Assembly: GCA_002898395.1 (NCBI GenBank)
Contig: BEHE01000023.1
Span: 1-22,104 of the forward strand
Length of the DNA: 22,104 nt
Direction: 5' to 3'
Source of the DNA: Candidatus Calditenuaceae archaeon HR02
Lineage (GTDB): Archaea > Thermoproteota > Nitrososphaeria_A > Caldarchaeales > Calditenuaceae
In this document: positions 9,323 through 19,479 of the stretch, piece after piece
How positions within the stretch are numbered: position 1 is the first letter of the stretch
Layout: every line of letters starts with the position of its first letter
The notes under the pieces: generated by a model
Seen by the model: the letters and a program-made list of their open reading frames with translations, nothing else
The model's database searches: none
What the model was told of the DNA's origin: nothing
Program-made: the position numbers and the translations under genes

Positions 9323-10399
9323 GTGTCCAAACGCATGGTGATGTTTGGTTGTCAGATAAACTCGTTCGGTAACGTTGAAGCGGCAATTGAGGCGTGCCTG
9401 CGGGCCGAGAAATCCGGGTTTAACCTAGTTACTTTACCCGACCACCTCTTCCACCCACTTGACAAGCTTTTCTTACCCGAGCCTGCTTGGGACGCTTATG
9501 TGATCCTCTCCTATGTTGCCGCTAGGACTAAAGAACTAAAGCTAGGCCCCGGCGTCTCAGACGTGATTAGGAGACACCCCGCTACGCTCCTAAATGAAGT
9601 TGTCACCCTAGACCACGCCTCGCAAGGAAGGGCTTTCCTCGCATTAGGCGCGGGTGAGATTTTCAATTTCTACCCTCTCAAGGAGATTGAGTTTAAAAGG
9701 CCTGTAAAGAGGCTTGAAGAAGCGATAATGGTTATACGTTCGCTCCTCGCATCAACACAGGAGCACCCCGCGTATTTTGAGGGTGAATTCTATAAGTTAT
9801 CGTCGGGCTACTTGGGGTTAAAACCTTATAAGGGTAGAAAGCTACCGATCTATGTTGGTGGTTATGGTCCACGTATGTTGCGGCTTGTAGCGACTTTGTC
9901 CGACGGGTGGATACCCTGGATGAATGCACCCGAGCAGTTTGAAGATGATTTGAGGGAAGTCAAAAAGATGGCCTCTGAGGCCGGACGGGACCCAGATGAA
10001 ATAGAGGCGCTTCCAATAGTGTTTTCAGATATTGATATTGATGGTGAGGCTGCCAAGGTTAGGCTGTTGACTAGGACCAAGGTCTGTCTAGCTCTCCGAA
10101 AAAGGCTTTTGGAGAGGCTTGGTTTGAAGAACATAGCTGAAGTTGACCTATGGAATACCTCTCTCGTCTCTGAGGATATTTCAAGGGTGTATAAGATTGC
10201 AGGTCTAATCCCCGATGAGGTGGCGCTGAGGGTCATGGCGGCCGGACATGGAGATGAGGTCATTGGAGTTATAGAGCGTTTCGTCAAGGCTGGTGCTACT
10301 GCGTTCATTATGGAGCCTCCCATCGAGCGGATCTTTGAGACTATAGAGGCATATGGTCGGTGGGTTATACCGTATTTTAGAGATACATCACGTGCGTGA
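9323..10399 (+). CDS. Luciferase-like monooxygenase (LLM) family flavin/F420-dependent oxidoreductase
   Basis: AEKSGF...PDH, RHPA, TLDHASQGRAFLALGAGE, PIYVGG.GPRML......DGW. Confidence 0.9.
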   Translation: MSKRMVMFGCQINSFGNVEAAIEACLRAEKSGFNLVTLPDHLFHPLDKLFLPEPAWDAYVILSYVAARTKELKLGPGVSDVIRRHPATLLNEVVTLDHASQGRAFLALGAGEIFNFYPLKEIEFKRPVKRLEEAIMVIRSLLASTQEHPAYFEGEFYKLSSGYLGLKPYKGRKLPIYVGGYGPRMLRLVATLSDGWIPWMNAPEQFEDDLREVKKMASEAGRDPDEIEALPIVFSDIDIDGEAAKVRLLTRTKVCLALRKRLLERLGLKNIAEVDLWNTSLVSEDISRVYKIAGLIPDEVALRVMAAGHGDEVIGVIERFVKAGATAFIMEPPIERIFETIEAYGRWVIPYFRDTSRA

Positions 10400-11049
10400 T
10401 TATCAGTGGAGTTTAGGCCGGTTCGTGACTATTTACCGGCTCAGTTACGTATATGCAGTCCCAGAGTACGAGAGAGCTACTGTCAACTCTGCCCTCCATG
10501 ACATGCTCCTCTAACCCTTGTCTTTCCATCCTTAGTGGTATTGTATATTAGCTTTGAGCCTTCTTCAAGGCTGTGCCCGGCTTGCTTAAGAATATCTGGG
10601 CGTTATGTTGGACGAACCTGGGACAGAGTAAGAATTCCTTGAGGAACCCCACTACCTGGAAGATGCTGCCCTGTAGAACCTAGATGCGTCGGCAACCACC
10701 TCTGCCTTCACCCTATTCACATCTATCCCTAATATCTAAGCTATCTGGCTTCTATCACTCCTCTGAAGAGGCCGCTGGATTAGGCAATCGAGAGAGCAGT
10801 TTTTACTCGCTCCACCAGGTGTCGATCTTCCCCACTTTCTCAGGATTTTGAGCTTCTTAGGGTTTATCTCGACGTCGTAAAAAGAGAGAAAGTTGCCGGA
10901 CCAAGTAGGCGGTGAAATCTGATCGTTTTCGCCGACCTACCCTCACACATCAGGCTCAGGTAGCATTGGATGAGCTATTGTGAATGGTTAGAGGAATGGG
11001 CTTGCGTTGACCAGTATGACGTGAAATCCCACCCATGCATTCATTACCG

Positions 11050-11057
11050 TTTAAATA
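11050..11057 (+). promoter_or_regulatory. TATA box of tRNA-Arg
   Basis: TTTAAATA ending 22 nt upstream of the tRNA 5' end. Confidence 0.6.
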
Positions 11058-11078
11058 TTAGGTTAAGATGGTTAGAAC

Positions 11079-11200
11079 GGGCCCGTAGCTCAGCCTGGAC
11101 AGAGAGAGTTTATGAAGGCCATAACTCCTGGATCGCCGGCCTTCTAAGCCTTACCCGCGGCGAAAGCCGGAGGTCGAGGGTTCGAGTCCCTCCGGGCCCG
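11079..11200 (+). tRNA. tRNA-Arg(TCT) with two introns: 11105-11133 (position 24/25) and 11147-11164 (37/38)
   Basis: Acceptor GGGCCCG/CGGGCCC, D stem GCTC/GAGC restored after removing intron 1, anticodon arm CCGGC-CT-TCT-AA-GCCGG, T arm GAGGG-TTCGAGT-CCCTC. Relaxed BHB motifs at both introns. CCA is not encoded. Confidence 0.93.
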
Positions 11201-11494
11201 ATTTTAATAATTATAGATTTTTCAATGCGGTAAATATGAGCGTGTAAAGGGGGAGGATCGCGGAGAAGTTACAAATGTTGAAAAGGCACTACAAGTCCAA
11301 CCAGCTCTATTGGTGTGGGAGAGAGGGATGCAGAGAATACACCTCCGACGAGGCCCCGTATCTATATTCTAGGCTTGTTGACCGCGGTGAGTTAAGGCAT
11401 CTCGCTTGGCGGGTTAATGCCAGTTCGACGGCGTCTTGGGCTATTAACGCATGCAGTAAGGCTTGGCTGACAGAGTCTAAGTAGATCGGGTGGG

Positions 11495-11534
11495 GGAACC
11501 TTAAATATGTAAGATTCCTACCTTTAGTAGGAAT
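11495..11534 (+). promoter_or_regulatory. vapBC promoter with overlapping operator inverted repeats
   Basis: TATA TTAAATA (11501-11507) inside GGAACCTTA-N6-TAAGATTCC (8/9 match); perfect ATTCCTAC-N5-GTAGGAAT at 11514-11534 reaching the start codon. Confidence 0.6.
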
Positions 11535-11786
11535 GATTTTCGAAGACCTTTAGGGCCGAAAGGCCAGGTCGTTATTCCAAAGTACATTAGGGAGTTTCTC
11601 AGGCTTAAAGAAGGGCGCGACGTCATCTTCGTCGTAGAGAACGGGGTAGTCATGCTCAGGGGTGAGAAGGCCCCTGAGGAGGCTGTAAATGATTATTTAT
11701 CTGTGGTGGAGAGTAAGCTGAAGAAGAAAATAGACATTAAGAAAATATTGGCGGAGCAGTATGTTGAGAGGCCCGGTTTACATTGA
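11533..11786 (+). pseudogene. vapB: AbrB/MazE/SpoVT-family antitoxin (VapB-type), frameshifted at codon 3
   Basis: Hand translation MI/F-RRPLGPKGQVVIPKYIREFLRLKEGRDVIFVVENG... The ATG at 11533 is one T short of the frame (T4 at 11537-11540), and there is no alternative in-frame start upstream of the motif. Confidence 0.85.
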
Positions 11787-12196
11787 CAGAATATAATATA
11801 TTCATTTATTCTGCTCCTTACGATCCATCGGAGATAGAGGAGGCACGTTTAGCGAAGAATGTACTCCTCAAAATAAGTAGGGGCTCGCTGGAAGAATATA
11901 CGAGCACTCTCACGTGGTATTAGGTTGCCTGGGTTGTGTGAAAAGTTATAGGCCGCCAAGCTGCAATTAAGCAAAGTCGCGCTTTACTCTCATTACCGAG
12001 TCTTAGGCTTCTAAGCGTAGATGAGGGGTCGCTGCTAAAGGCACAGGAAATTCTCGAAAAATATAATCTAGCTCCGAGAGACAGTTTGCACGTTGGTGTT
12101 GCGTTATCACACCGTATAGCTAGAATACTCAGCAAAGACCCTGATTTGGACGCAGTGCACGAGATACGCAGAACCTTTTTAGCCGAACTGAAGTAG
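11761..12196 (+). pseudogene. vapC: PIN-domain toxin (VapC), inactivated
   Basis: VYID/NIFIY...TSTLTWY*VAWVV*K...LAPRDSLH...ILSKDPDLD. Frameshift at an AATAT duplication near 11790 and in-frame stops at 11921-11923 and 11939-11941. Confidence 0.88.
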
Positions 12197-12281
12197 AAGC
12201 GAGAGCAACTCCCGTGCTCGGCTGGTCTGAAGGGGGTTTATGAGGCTTTAGGACTTCTTGGGGATATTCATCATAACGATG

Positions 12282-12749
12282 TTAAAAATCTCGGTGGTCT
12301 TGCTCTCGATCATTTCCGCTGTAGTGGTGTATGAGGCGTTTTACTAGTTCTAGTGTTTTTGAGGCGCGTTCTAAGGCATCGATTGCATCTTCCCTGCTTA
12401 TTAGTTCCTCAGGCGTGAGTAGTGCCTCCTCTCCCCCATAGAAGCTGAGCTCCCTCTTACTGCTGAGCCTTCTAGACGTTTCGGCTAGGAAATCTATCTT
12501 CTCGCGGAACCATCCGGGGAACCTCTCCCTGTAAGCCAGCAGGAGGTCTGAGACGTCATGTATCTTGGGATACTCTATACCTATAATTCTCAGCGACGCC
12601 TTTAGGCTTAGCTCAACCGATTCTTGGGAGAGTCTTAGGGCGTATGGGTGGTTGCCTTTCTCGAGAGCTCGCGCGGCATCGGCTAGCCTATCATCAGCCT
12701 GTCTCAGATAGGCCCGCGCCAGCTTTAGGAGTGCGTCCATGGATGCCAC
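12282..12749 (-). CDS. HEPN domain protein (MNT-associated); start may be ATG 12740
   Basis: A..A...G....A....Q.SVELSLKA, KIHDV..LL, RELSFYG; overlaps the upstream MNT gene. Confidence 0.9.
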   Translation of the reverse strand: MASMDALLKLARAYLRQADDRLADAARALEKGNHPYALRLSQESVELSLKASLRIIGIEYPKIHDVSDLLLAYRERFPGWFREKIDFLAETSRRLSSKRELSFYGGEEALLTPEELISREDAIDALERASKTLELVKRLIHHYSGNDREQDHRDF

Positions 12750-13471
12750 AGCTCAGCAGCCCTAGGACCTAGGTCCCAATACCACAAGCCTCTAGGCAGC
12801 ATGTAGCGTTTAGCCCCCACCAGCTCAAGCCTAGACCTCAGTCTCGGGATGAAGCCTTGCATGAAGCCGTCATCTAGCACCACAGCCGCATCATAGACCA
12901 GATCCAACAGAAGCAGCGGGAGCCGTCCAACCTCCTCCCTCCTCAATGGATAAAAGGCTAGCTTGGCATGTATGCCATGCATTCTTAGAAGACTAAGCTC
13001 GCTCTGAATATCCGCGTCACGTTCAACCTCAAGTAGCTTATCTATCCTAGAGGCTAAGCTCCCCGAAAACTCATCTGAGACGACCAGCAGGTCCACATCG
13101 CTCAGGGGTCCTGCAGAGCGTCTAGCGACAGACCCGTAAACAACCAAGGACGTTAAGCTCCAGCTCGACCTTAACACTCGCAGAACATCATAGACCAGCT
13201 GCACATACTCTCCTTGTATGTTAGCAGGTCTATTCGCCACACCCCCAGCGATTAGCATGAAGCTTCTAGGGTCGAGGAGCCTGTAGAGTCTAGGCCGACC
13301 TCTCCGGAAATCTATCAGGGTCCCCGATCTCCTCAACGCAGTCAAGAGAACATGCCCCCTAGTTGGGGTGACCCCCAATGTCCTGCAAACGTCACCAAAC
13401 CCGAAGATACCCCGGGAAAACGAGGAGTAGAGCCTCGCAAACCCCTCCCCAACCCACCTAGGAATCCACAT
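12725..13471 (-). CDS. Minimal nucleotidyltransferase with an N-terminal winged-helix extension
   Basis: YGSVARRSAGPLSDVDLLVV (GS-x10-DxD). The first ~70 aa look like a wHTH (FGDVCRTLG...LLTALRRSG...RLYRL). Confidence 0.88.
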   Translation of the reverse strand: MWIPRWVGEGFARLYSSFSRGIFGFGDVCRTLGVTPTRGHVLLTALRRSGTLIDFRRGRPRLYRLLDPRSFMLIAGGVANRPANIQGEYVQLVYDVLRVLRSSWSLTSLVVYGSVARRSAGPLSDVDLLVVSDEFSGSLASRIDKLLEVERDADIQSELSLLRMHGIHAKLAFYPLRREEVGRLPLLLLDLVYDAAVVLDDGFMQGFIPRLRSRLELVGAKRYMLPRGLWYWDLGPRAAELWHPWTHS

Positions 13472-13596
13472 TGATGAGAGGTTTAGCTTAGCTATTTAAT
13501 AAGCGTTCTTGAACAATAAGGCAAAAATGCGTCTTCAGCAAGCCATATAGGGATTAGTAAATATAAACAACACAAATTGTCCTATAAAAACTAGAA

Positions 13597-15160
13597 ATGA
13601 AAAGAGTGTATATCATAGGAGCCATTGTAGCAGTCATAGCTATCGTTGCTGGCGTATCGGCCGTCTTTTTCTTTGCGTCTCCTAACGCCGGAAGTCGATA
13701 CTAAGATAGTGTCCGTGCCCGGAGGGGAGAGGGTAGTCACGCTTGTAACGACCGTGGCGGGGGAGGTGACACAGGTTGTTACCCGAGAACGCGTTGCTAC
13801 TCAGGTAATAACTGTCGAGAGGCCTAAGCTCGTGATATGGTGGAATAAGGGATATTATGCCGAGGAGGACCTAGCTCTAATGCAAGCAGCCCAGGACTTC
13901 GGCAGATTGAAGGGGGTCGATGTAGAAGTATCTTTCTATACCACCGAGGATATACCTAAGAAACTCATCGCGGCGTTGGAGGCCGGAAACCCGCCTGACG
14001 TTGCTTATGCCCACTTCGAGGACTGGATGCTGTCTCCTAGATGGGCCTGGGATGGGCTCCTCGAGGATGTAAGCGACATCGTGAACGAGAACAAGGATAG
14101 GTATATTCCGGAGGCCCTCCAGACAGCGTGGCTATATAACAATAAGGAGAAAAAATACAGCTATTACAAAGTCCCAATGCAGATGCAGACAATACACATA
14201 CACTACTGGAAGGACTTTGTAACCGAGGCGGGGTTCGACCCCTCGCCCGAGAAGATACCTAGGACTTGGGACGAGTTCTGGAACTTTTGGTTTACGGTTC
14301 AGGACAGGTTGAGAGCAAAGGATCCTGAGAAGTATAGAGAAGTATATGCTGTCGGCTGGACACTCGGTACAGGCTCAACAGACGCTTTCTACAACTTCGA
14401 GACAATATATCTCTACTACGCTAAGAAGCCGATAGTCACGCCCGATGGCAAGCTAAACGTGGATGACCCTGATGTCCGAGAGGCATTAATAAACACTTTC
14501 AAGTTTATAGTCAACCTGCATGAAAAGGGATATAATCCGCCGGGCTCCTTGACATGGACTGACCCAGACAACAATGTGGCGTTCCACGCGAGGAAAATAG
14601 TGATGGTCCCAAACCCGACTATATCCATACCTGCAGCCCAGTACTTTGGGGCCGTAGGTTCTAGAGAGAACTACTACACTAAAATGGCAACAGTGGACTG
14701 GCCTACAGGTCCTGACGGCAGAGAGCCTCCCAGGCTAATAGCTGTCAAATCGCTACTCGTCTTCAAGGCCTCGAAGAACAAGGAGTTAGCAAAGGAGTTC
14801 ATAAGATACTTCATCAGCAAAGACATTCTAAACACGTACACAAAGGCATCTGCAGGGAGATGGGCACCAGTCTTTAAGGACATACTCACTGAGGACAAAT
14901 TCTACTTTGAAGGATTTAAGGCAGGGGCCGCGGCCTTCGGTGCACCGGGAGACCCACACATCCCAGTAGCCTACAACCAATTCAGGACAGGAACACTCGT
15001 GCCGTTCTACTATGTCTACCACCCGGCATATAGTCAAGTGTATGCGGAGAGGACTTGGATAGTCTATCTGAATAAGGTTATCGTTGAGAAATACCCATTG
15101 GAGAAGGCGGTTGATGAAGCTATAGCTCGTGTGAAGCAAATCTTTGCGGAGTGGAAATGA
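13597..15160 (+). pseudogene. Sugar-family ABC substrate-binding protein; membrane anchor out of frame (+1 frameshift near 13670-13686)
   Basis: ATG 13597 gives MKRVYIIGAIVAVIAIVAGVSAVFFF, then stops at 13704. The SBP body (AGNPPDV, IPRTWDEF) is in the 13646 frame. May be an assembly error. Confidence 0.8.
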
Positions 15161-15990
15161 GCTATAGGCAAACCAATTTTTTAGGCCTAATTTTTTCCAC
15201 TCCATTCCTCATAGTCTTCTGCATATTTGTCGTATACCCCCTGCTATATTCAGCCATCACGGTCTCATCAGGTGAGTATCTCAGACGCGTTATGACCGAC
15301 CCACTCTTTTTGCGATCACTAATCAACACCATAATCTACGTAGGTATTGGGGTTAATGTGAAAATGATGCTTGCGCTGCTACTCTCAGGATTATTGACAT
15401 TTACACAGTATAAAATAACACGCATAATATCTTACGTCTATCTGCTTCCCTGGGCAGTCCCCATAATTGCTGGAGTGATATCTTTCAGGTGGATGCTCCA
15501 GAGGGAGTGGGGGATCGTGAATAAATTCCTAATAGATGTGGGGTTACAACCCATTAACTGGCTTGGAAGCTACGAGGGAGCAATGTCTGCCCTCATCTTC
15601 TTCCATATCTGGAAGTGGACTCCCCTGTGGGCGTTGATCTTCTATGCAGCCCGTCAAGGCATAGACCCAACCCTGTATGAAGCTGCTAAGATTGATGGCG
15701 CTTCACGCGTTTACGAGTTCATACATATAACTCTGCCCCAGTTAAAATATCTCTATATCTTCAACACACTTCTCTCAACAATCTGGGTTTCAGGGGAGTT
15801 TGACATACCGTACCTTCTTACTAGAGGTGACCCTGGTGAGCTGACACATATGCTGTCAATCCTTGGGTTTAGGTACGCTTTTGTCTTATTGAGGTTGAGG
15901 GAAGGGCTATCTCTATACTTGATGGTTATACCCGTATTGCTCATCTTTATCGTTCTACTTCTAAAGATGTTCGGAGTGAGGCGCTCATGA
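15157..15990 (+). CDS. Carbohydrate ABC permease (MalF-like)
   Basis: ATGA overlap with the SBP stop; LYEAAKIDGA EAA loop; LLPWAVP. Confidence 0.92.
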   Translation: MSYRQTNFLGLIFSTPFLIVFCIFVVYPLLYSAITVSSGEYLRRVMTDPLFLRSLINTIIYVGIGVNVKMMLALLLSGLLTFTQYKITRIISYVYLLPWAVPIIAGVISFRWMLQREWGIVNKFLIDVGLQPINWLGSYEGAMSALIFFHIWKWTPLWALIFYAARQGIDPTLYEAAKIDGASRVYEFIHITLPQLKYLYIFNTLLSTIWVSGEFDIPYLLTRGDPGELTHMLSILGFRYAFVLLRLREGLSLYLMVIPVLLIFIVLLLKMFGVRRS

Positions 15991-16826
15991 TCAAACACAT
16001 CCTCTCAACATTAGCGGTCTACATCGTATCGATTTTAGTACTAATCTGGACGGTCTTCCCAATATACTGGATGATAACAGTGTCTTTCAAGACCGGCGAG
16101 AGATTATTTAATCCAGAATACATAGTGACGTCGCCATCCGTCGAGGCATACCTTACGGTGGTGACTCAGGGCTATTTCAGAGTCATGTACTTCTGGCGGC
16201 AACTACTCAACAGCATATATGTGGCCTCACTCACCGTGGCTTTTACCCTGATTATATCCATATTCGTCGGCTATGCAATGGCTAGGCTGAGGTTTAGAGG
16301 CAAAACCGCGGTCTCGACACTCACCCTGACAACCTACGTCTTCCCCTACGCATTCCTTTCTATACCATACTTTATTCTGATGACAGCCATGGGTCTGCTC
16401 AACACACACTTATCCGTGGTTATAGCTCAAGTTATATTCGTTTCACCATATGCCATCTGGCTCCTATGGGAATATTCTAGAAGCATACCGGTCGAGGTTG
16501 ATGAGTCCGCGATAATTGACGGCGCTAGTCAGGCAGTAATATTTTACAGAATATTCTTGCCCTTATCACTACCCGCGCTGGCGGCGATAGGCGCATACGC
16601 ATTCCTCTTCTCCTGGAACCAATACCTCTATCCATTCATGCTCCTATCCTCGGAGACAGAATTAACTCTCCCAGTAGCCATGGGCTTCTTCCTAGTGAGC
16701 GATGAGGCGCCATGGAACATCTTTATGGCCACTGCGACGATATATTCTATACCCCCAATAATCTTCTACTATTTGTTTAAGCGTTATTTAATCGCTGGTT
16801 TAGTTGCCGGAGCAATGAAAAGATGA
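15987..16826 (+). CDS. Carbohydrate ABC permease (MalG-like)
   Basis: ATGA overlap; SIPVEVDESAIIDGA, SWNQY, GLVAGAMK. Confidence 0.92.
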   Translation: MIKHILSTLAVYIVSILVLIWTVFPIYWMITVSFKTGERLFNPEYIVTSPSVEAYLTVVTQGYFRVMYFWRQLLNSIYVASLTVAFTLIISIFVGYAMARLRFRGKTAVSTLTLTTYVFPYAFLSIPYFILMTAMGLLNTHLSVVIAQVIFVSPYAIWLLWEYSRSIPVEVDESAIIDGASQAVIFYRIFLPLSLPALAAIGAYAFLFSWNQYLYPFMLLSSETELTLPVAMGFFLVSDEAPWNIFMATATIYSIPPIIFYYLFKRYLIAGLVAGAMKR

Positions 16827-16920
16827 GGCCATATTTCGTCTGGATTTACTTTCTCAAACCAGTCCCGTATACTAAAACCTCTATATAACATTTGATTACG
16901 ATACTGTTCACACCACAGCT

Positions 16921-19479
16921 TTATCTCCTGATGAGTATTGTTTTTATCTCATGGGGTTTTAGCGTTAGTTTTAGTTGATTGTTTTCTATTATGAGGGGTT
17001 TGGTTGGTCTTTCGAGGAGGTCGGCTTCTTGGGCTTCTTTTACGCCGGGGGCAACTCTGAGCGTTACTGTGGCTTCTCTACCGTGTGGTTCGTAGAACCT
17101 TAATACTATGTCTGTGCTGTCTTCAGCCTGCTTAACTGCTGTGGCTGGTGCATCATCACCATCTACATAAATGAATGAGTATGTTTTTGGTAGATTTCCC
17201 TCATGGGGTTCTTCTAGCCTAGCTATTAGTGGATTGTTAAACTCTATCGCGCGCCGGATCGTCTGAGCCTCCCTCCAGTCGCCAGTGTGCGGATATAGGC
17301 CTATCCTTGCAACGTGTCTCCCCTGGTCTGTGGGCTCTTCGCCCTTCAGCCAGCTCTCCAACGAGACTGCAGGCCACTTGGGCGGGTAGCTGGGACTCCT
17401 TAGAAGCGTCACTCTGAGCTCATGCATTGTCGAGTCAAACCCGTATTTACAGTCATTAAGTATGCTCAATCCTATGCCATCTTTCTTAGAAGTCTTGTCG
17501 ATCCATCTCTGTCCGGGTACTTCGTGTTTGGCTTTCTCGGGGAGTGACGCCTTATCGGAGTAGGGGATTCGCCTGCATATGTAGCCGTAGGGTATCTCAT
17601 AGTATACGTATTCGCCCTCTATAGTGGTCGGTATTGAGAGCTTGGCGAGCCTGTGCCAGGTCCTCCAGTCAAACTCTATCTCGAGATAGAATACTGGAAT
17701 CTTAGCATACATAATATTTCTCACAGTTATCTCCGAGTCTTCCCTGCCCTCCTGGCGGTACTTGTACCTCGATGCGACAACCACCCTCACTGGCCCCCGC
17801 TCGACCACCTTGACCTCCACAGGCTCGTCCAGCCGGGCAGACTTCACACCCTCGCCCCGGTCGAAGATGTAAATCTCCCACGCGTCGAAGAGCACTGCCT
17901 CGAAGCCGCCATCCAGCGCCTTACGCGCCGAAGCGGGGACGTCTTCATAGACGTGAATCGCAACAGCTTCGCCGGGCCTGATAACCTCTCTTCCAGACCC
18001 CTTATGCTTTATACTCGTTATTAGGCCGGATTGGCGGTCTATCTCCGCGGATAAGAATTCGTTCTCGAGCACAATTTTTCCCTGGGCCTCCTTGACCGAC
18101 ACTCCTGTCGGCGTCGGCTTACCCCTCTCCTTTGATGTGATTCGGTATTCTTTGAAGCCCGTCGGCGGCACGTCTTCTGCGATGAAAAGCAACCTGCTGC
18201 GGCCCTCATCACTGACCACCTGTGAAGCGACAGCCCTCCCTCCAGCATCCAATATCAAATACTCTTTCGCCTCTCTGAGGTTGCTAATCTCCAGCTCGAC
18301 TACCCCACCTCTTGTCCAAGACTGGGTGTTGAAAACGAGTATTGATTTTCCGTCGCCCCGGGTGTCCGTGTTCTTCGCGATAACCTCTATTGAGCGCTCC
18401 ACTATGCTGGACAACTTGTTGTAGAGCCTCTCATAGTCCCGCTCGGCTTCCTCGTAGACCTCTTTGACCGAGCTGCCACAGATGGCGTCGTGGAATTGAT
18501 AGAATAATATTGTTTTCCAATACTCTCTTAGCTCCTCGCGGGGATATGGGAGACCGAAGCCCTCAGCAAACACTGCTAGCTTTTCCGCATTCTCTATCAA
18601 GGCTTCGATACGTCTATTCCACTTCTTGGTCTCCGCCTGTGTGGTGTAGGTTCCTCTGTGAAACTGCAGGTAAAGCTCATCATTAATGACCGGTAAACTG
18701 TTTGACATTGCATATCTCTCTAGCTGGCTGAAGTATTCAGCTGCTGTGGAGAACTTCACTGTTATATCCCCACTGCTATGCTTCTTTATCCACTCCAAAG
18801 CCCTATCTACATGCGTCTCAGATATGCCGCCACCATGGTCTCCATGGCCGAAGAGCACGAGCAGGTCCTCTATACCATGCCTAAGCCTCAGGAATAAGAG
18901 CTGCCGCTCTATGTCTCCCCAACTATCGAGCGACTCACTATAACTGCCTAACGTCTGGTGTGAGAGGACGGTGGAGCCGTCAGGCGACCTCCACCAGAAG
19001 ACATTGTATGGAAAGACTGTCGCATCGTTCCACCTGAGCTTTTGTGTCAGAAAGTACTTTATCCCCGACTTGGCCAGTATCTGGGGGAGCGTCCAGCAAT
19101 AGCCGAAGGAATCCGGAAGCCAGGCTATCTCAACGTCGACTCCAAACTTCTCCAAGAAGTATCGCTTGCCATAGAGCATCTGCCTGACGAGCGACTCCCC
19201 AGACGGCAGGTTACAGTCAAACTCAACCCAGGAGCCGCCGACAACACCCCACCTCCCCTCCCTCACTCTAGCCCTTATCCTCTCAAACAGGTCAAGGCGG
19301 TTCTTCTCAATCCACTCATAGTACTGCGCGCTGCTCTGGCAAAAGGTTAGACCGGGATACCTGTCCATAAGGTCCAAGACCTTGCCGAACGTCTCAATAC
19401 AGACCTTTACCGTCTCATCCTTCGTCCAGAGCCACACTGCGTCTATGTGGCTGTGGCCCAGAAGATGGATAGTGGCCAA
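16921..19479 (-). CDS. Alpha-mannosidase, glycoside hydrolase family 38
   Basis: GHSHIDAVWLW, WLPDSFG (nucleophile), GHGDHGGG, HRGTYTTQ, QFHD. The likely start is TTG 19479, 26 nt below TTATTAAA (19512-19505), rather than 19596. Confidence 0.93.
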   Translation of the reverse strand: MATIHLLGHSHIDAVWLWTKDETVKVCIETFGKVLDLMDRYPGLTFCQSSAQYYEWIEKNRLDLFERIRARVREGRWGVVGGSWVEFDCNLPSGESLVRQMLYGKRYFLEKFGVDVEIAWLPDSFGYCWTLPQILAKSGIKYFLTQKLRWNDATVFPYNVFWWRSPDGSTVLSHQTLGSYSESLDSWGDIERQLLFLRLRHGIEDLLVLFGHGDHGGGISETHVDRALEWIKKHSSGDITVKFSTAAEYFSQLERYAMSNSLPVINDELYLQFHRGTYTTQAETKKWNRRIEALIENAEKLAVFAEGFGLPYPREELREYWKTILFYQFHDAICGSSVKEVYEEAERDYERLYNKLSSIVERSIEVIAKNTDTRGDGKSILVFNTQSWTRGGVVELEISNLREAKEYLILDAGGRAVASQVVSDEGRSRLLFIAEDVPPTGFKEYRITSKERGKPTPTGVSVKEAQGKIVLENEFLSAEIDRQSGLITSIKHKGSGREVIRPGEAVAIHVYEDVPASARKALDGGFEAVLFDAWEIYIFDRGEGVKSARLDEPVEVKVVERGPVRVVVASRYKYRQEGREDSEITVRNIMYAKIPVFYLEIEFDWRTWHRLAKLSIPTTIEGEYVYYEIPYGYICRRIPYSDKASLPEKAKHEVPGQRWIDKTSKKDGIGLSILNDCKYGFDSTMHELRVTLLRSPSYPPKWPAVSLESWLKGEEPTDQGRHVARIGLYPHTGDWREAQTIRRAIEFNNPLIARLEEPHEGNLPKTYSFIYVDGDDAPATAVKQAEDSTDIVLRFYEPHGREATVTLRVAPGVKEAQEADLLERPTKPLIIENNQLKLTLKPHEIKTILIRR

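Noticed and set aside
10970-11233. 87-aa ORF
   Set aside because: Overlaps tRNA-Arg entirely; spurious.
11275-11484. 69-aa ORF after tRNA-Arg
   Set aside because: No recognisable family or supporting signals.
12240-12330. MR-LGLLGDIHHN, resembling a metallophosphoesterase start
   Set aside because: Needs a frameshift, is very short and runs antisense into the HEPN gene.
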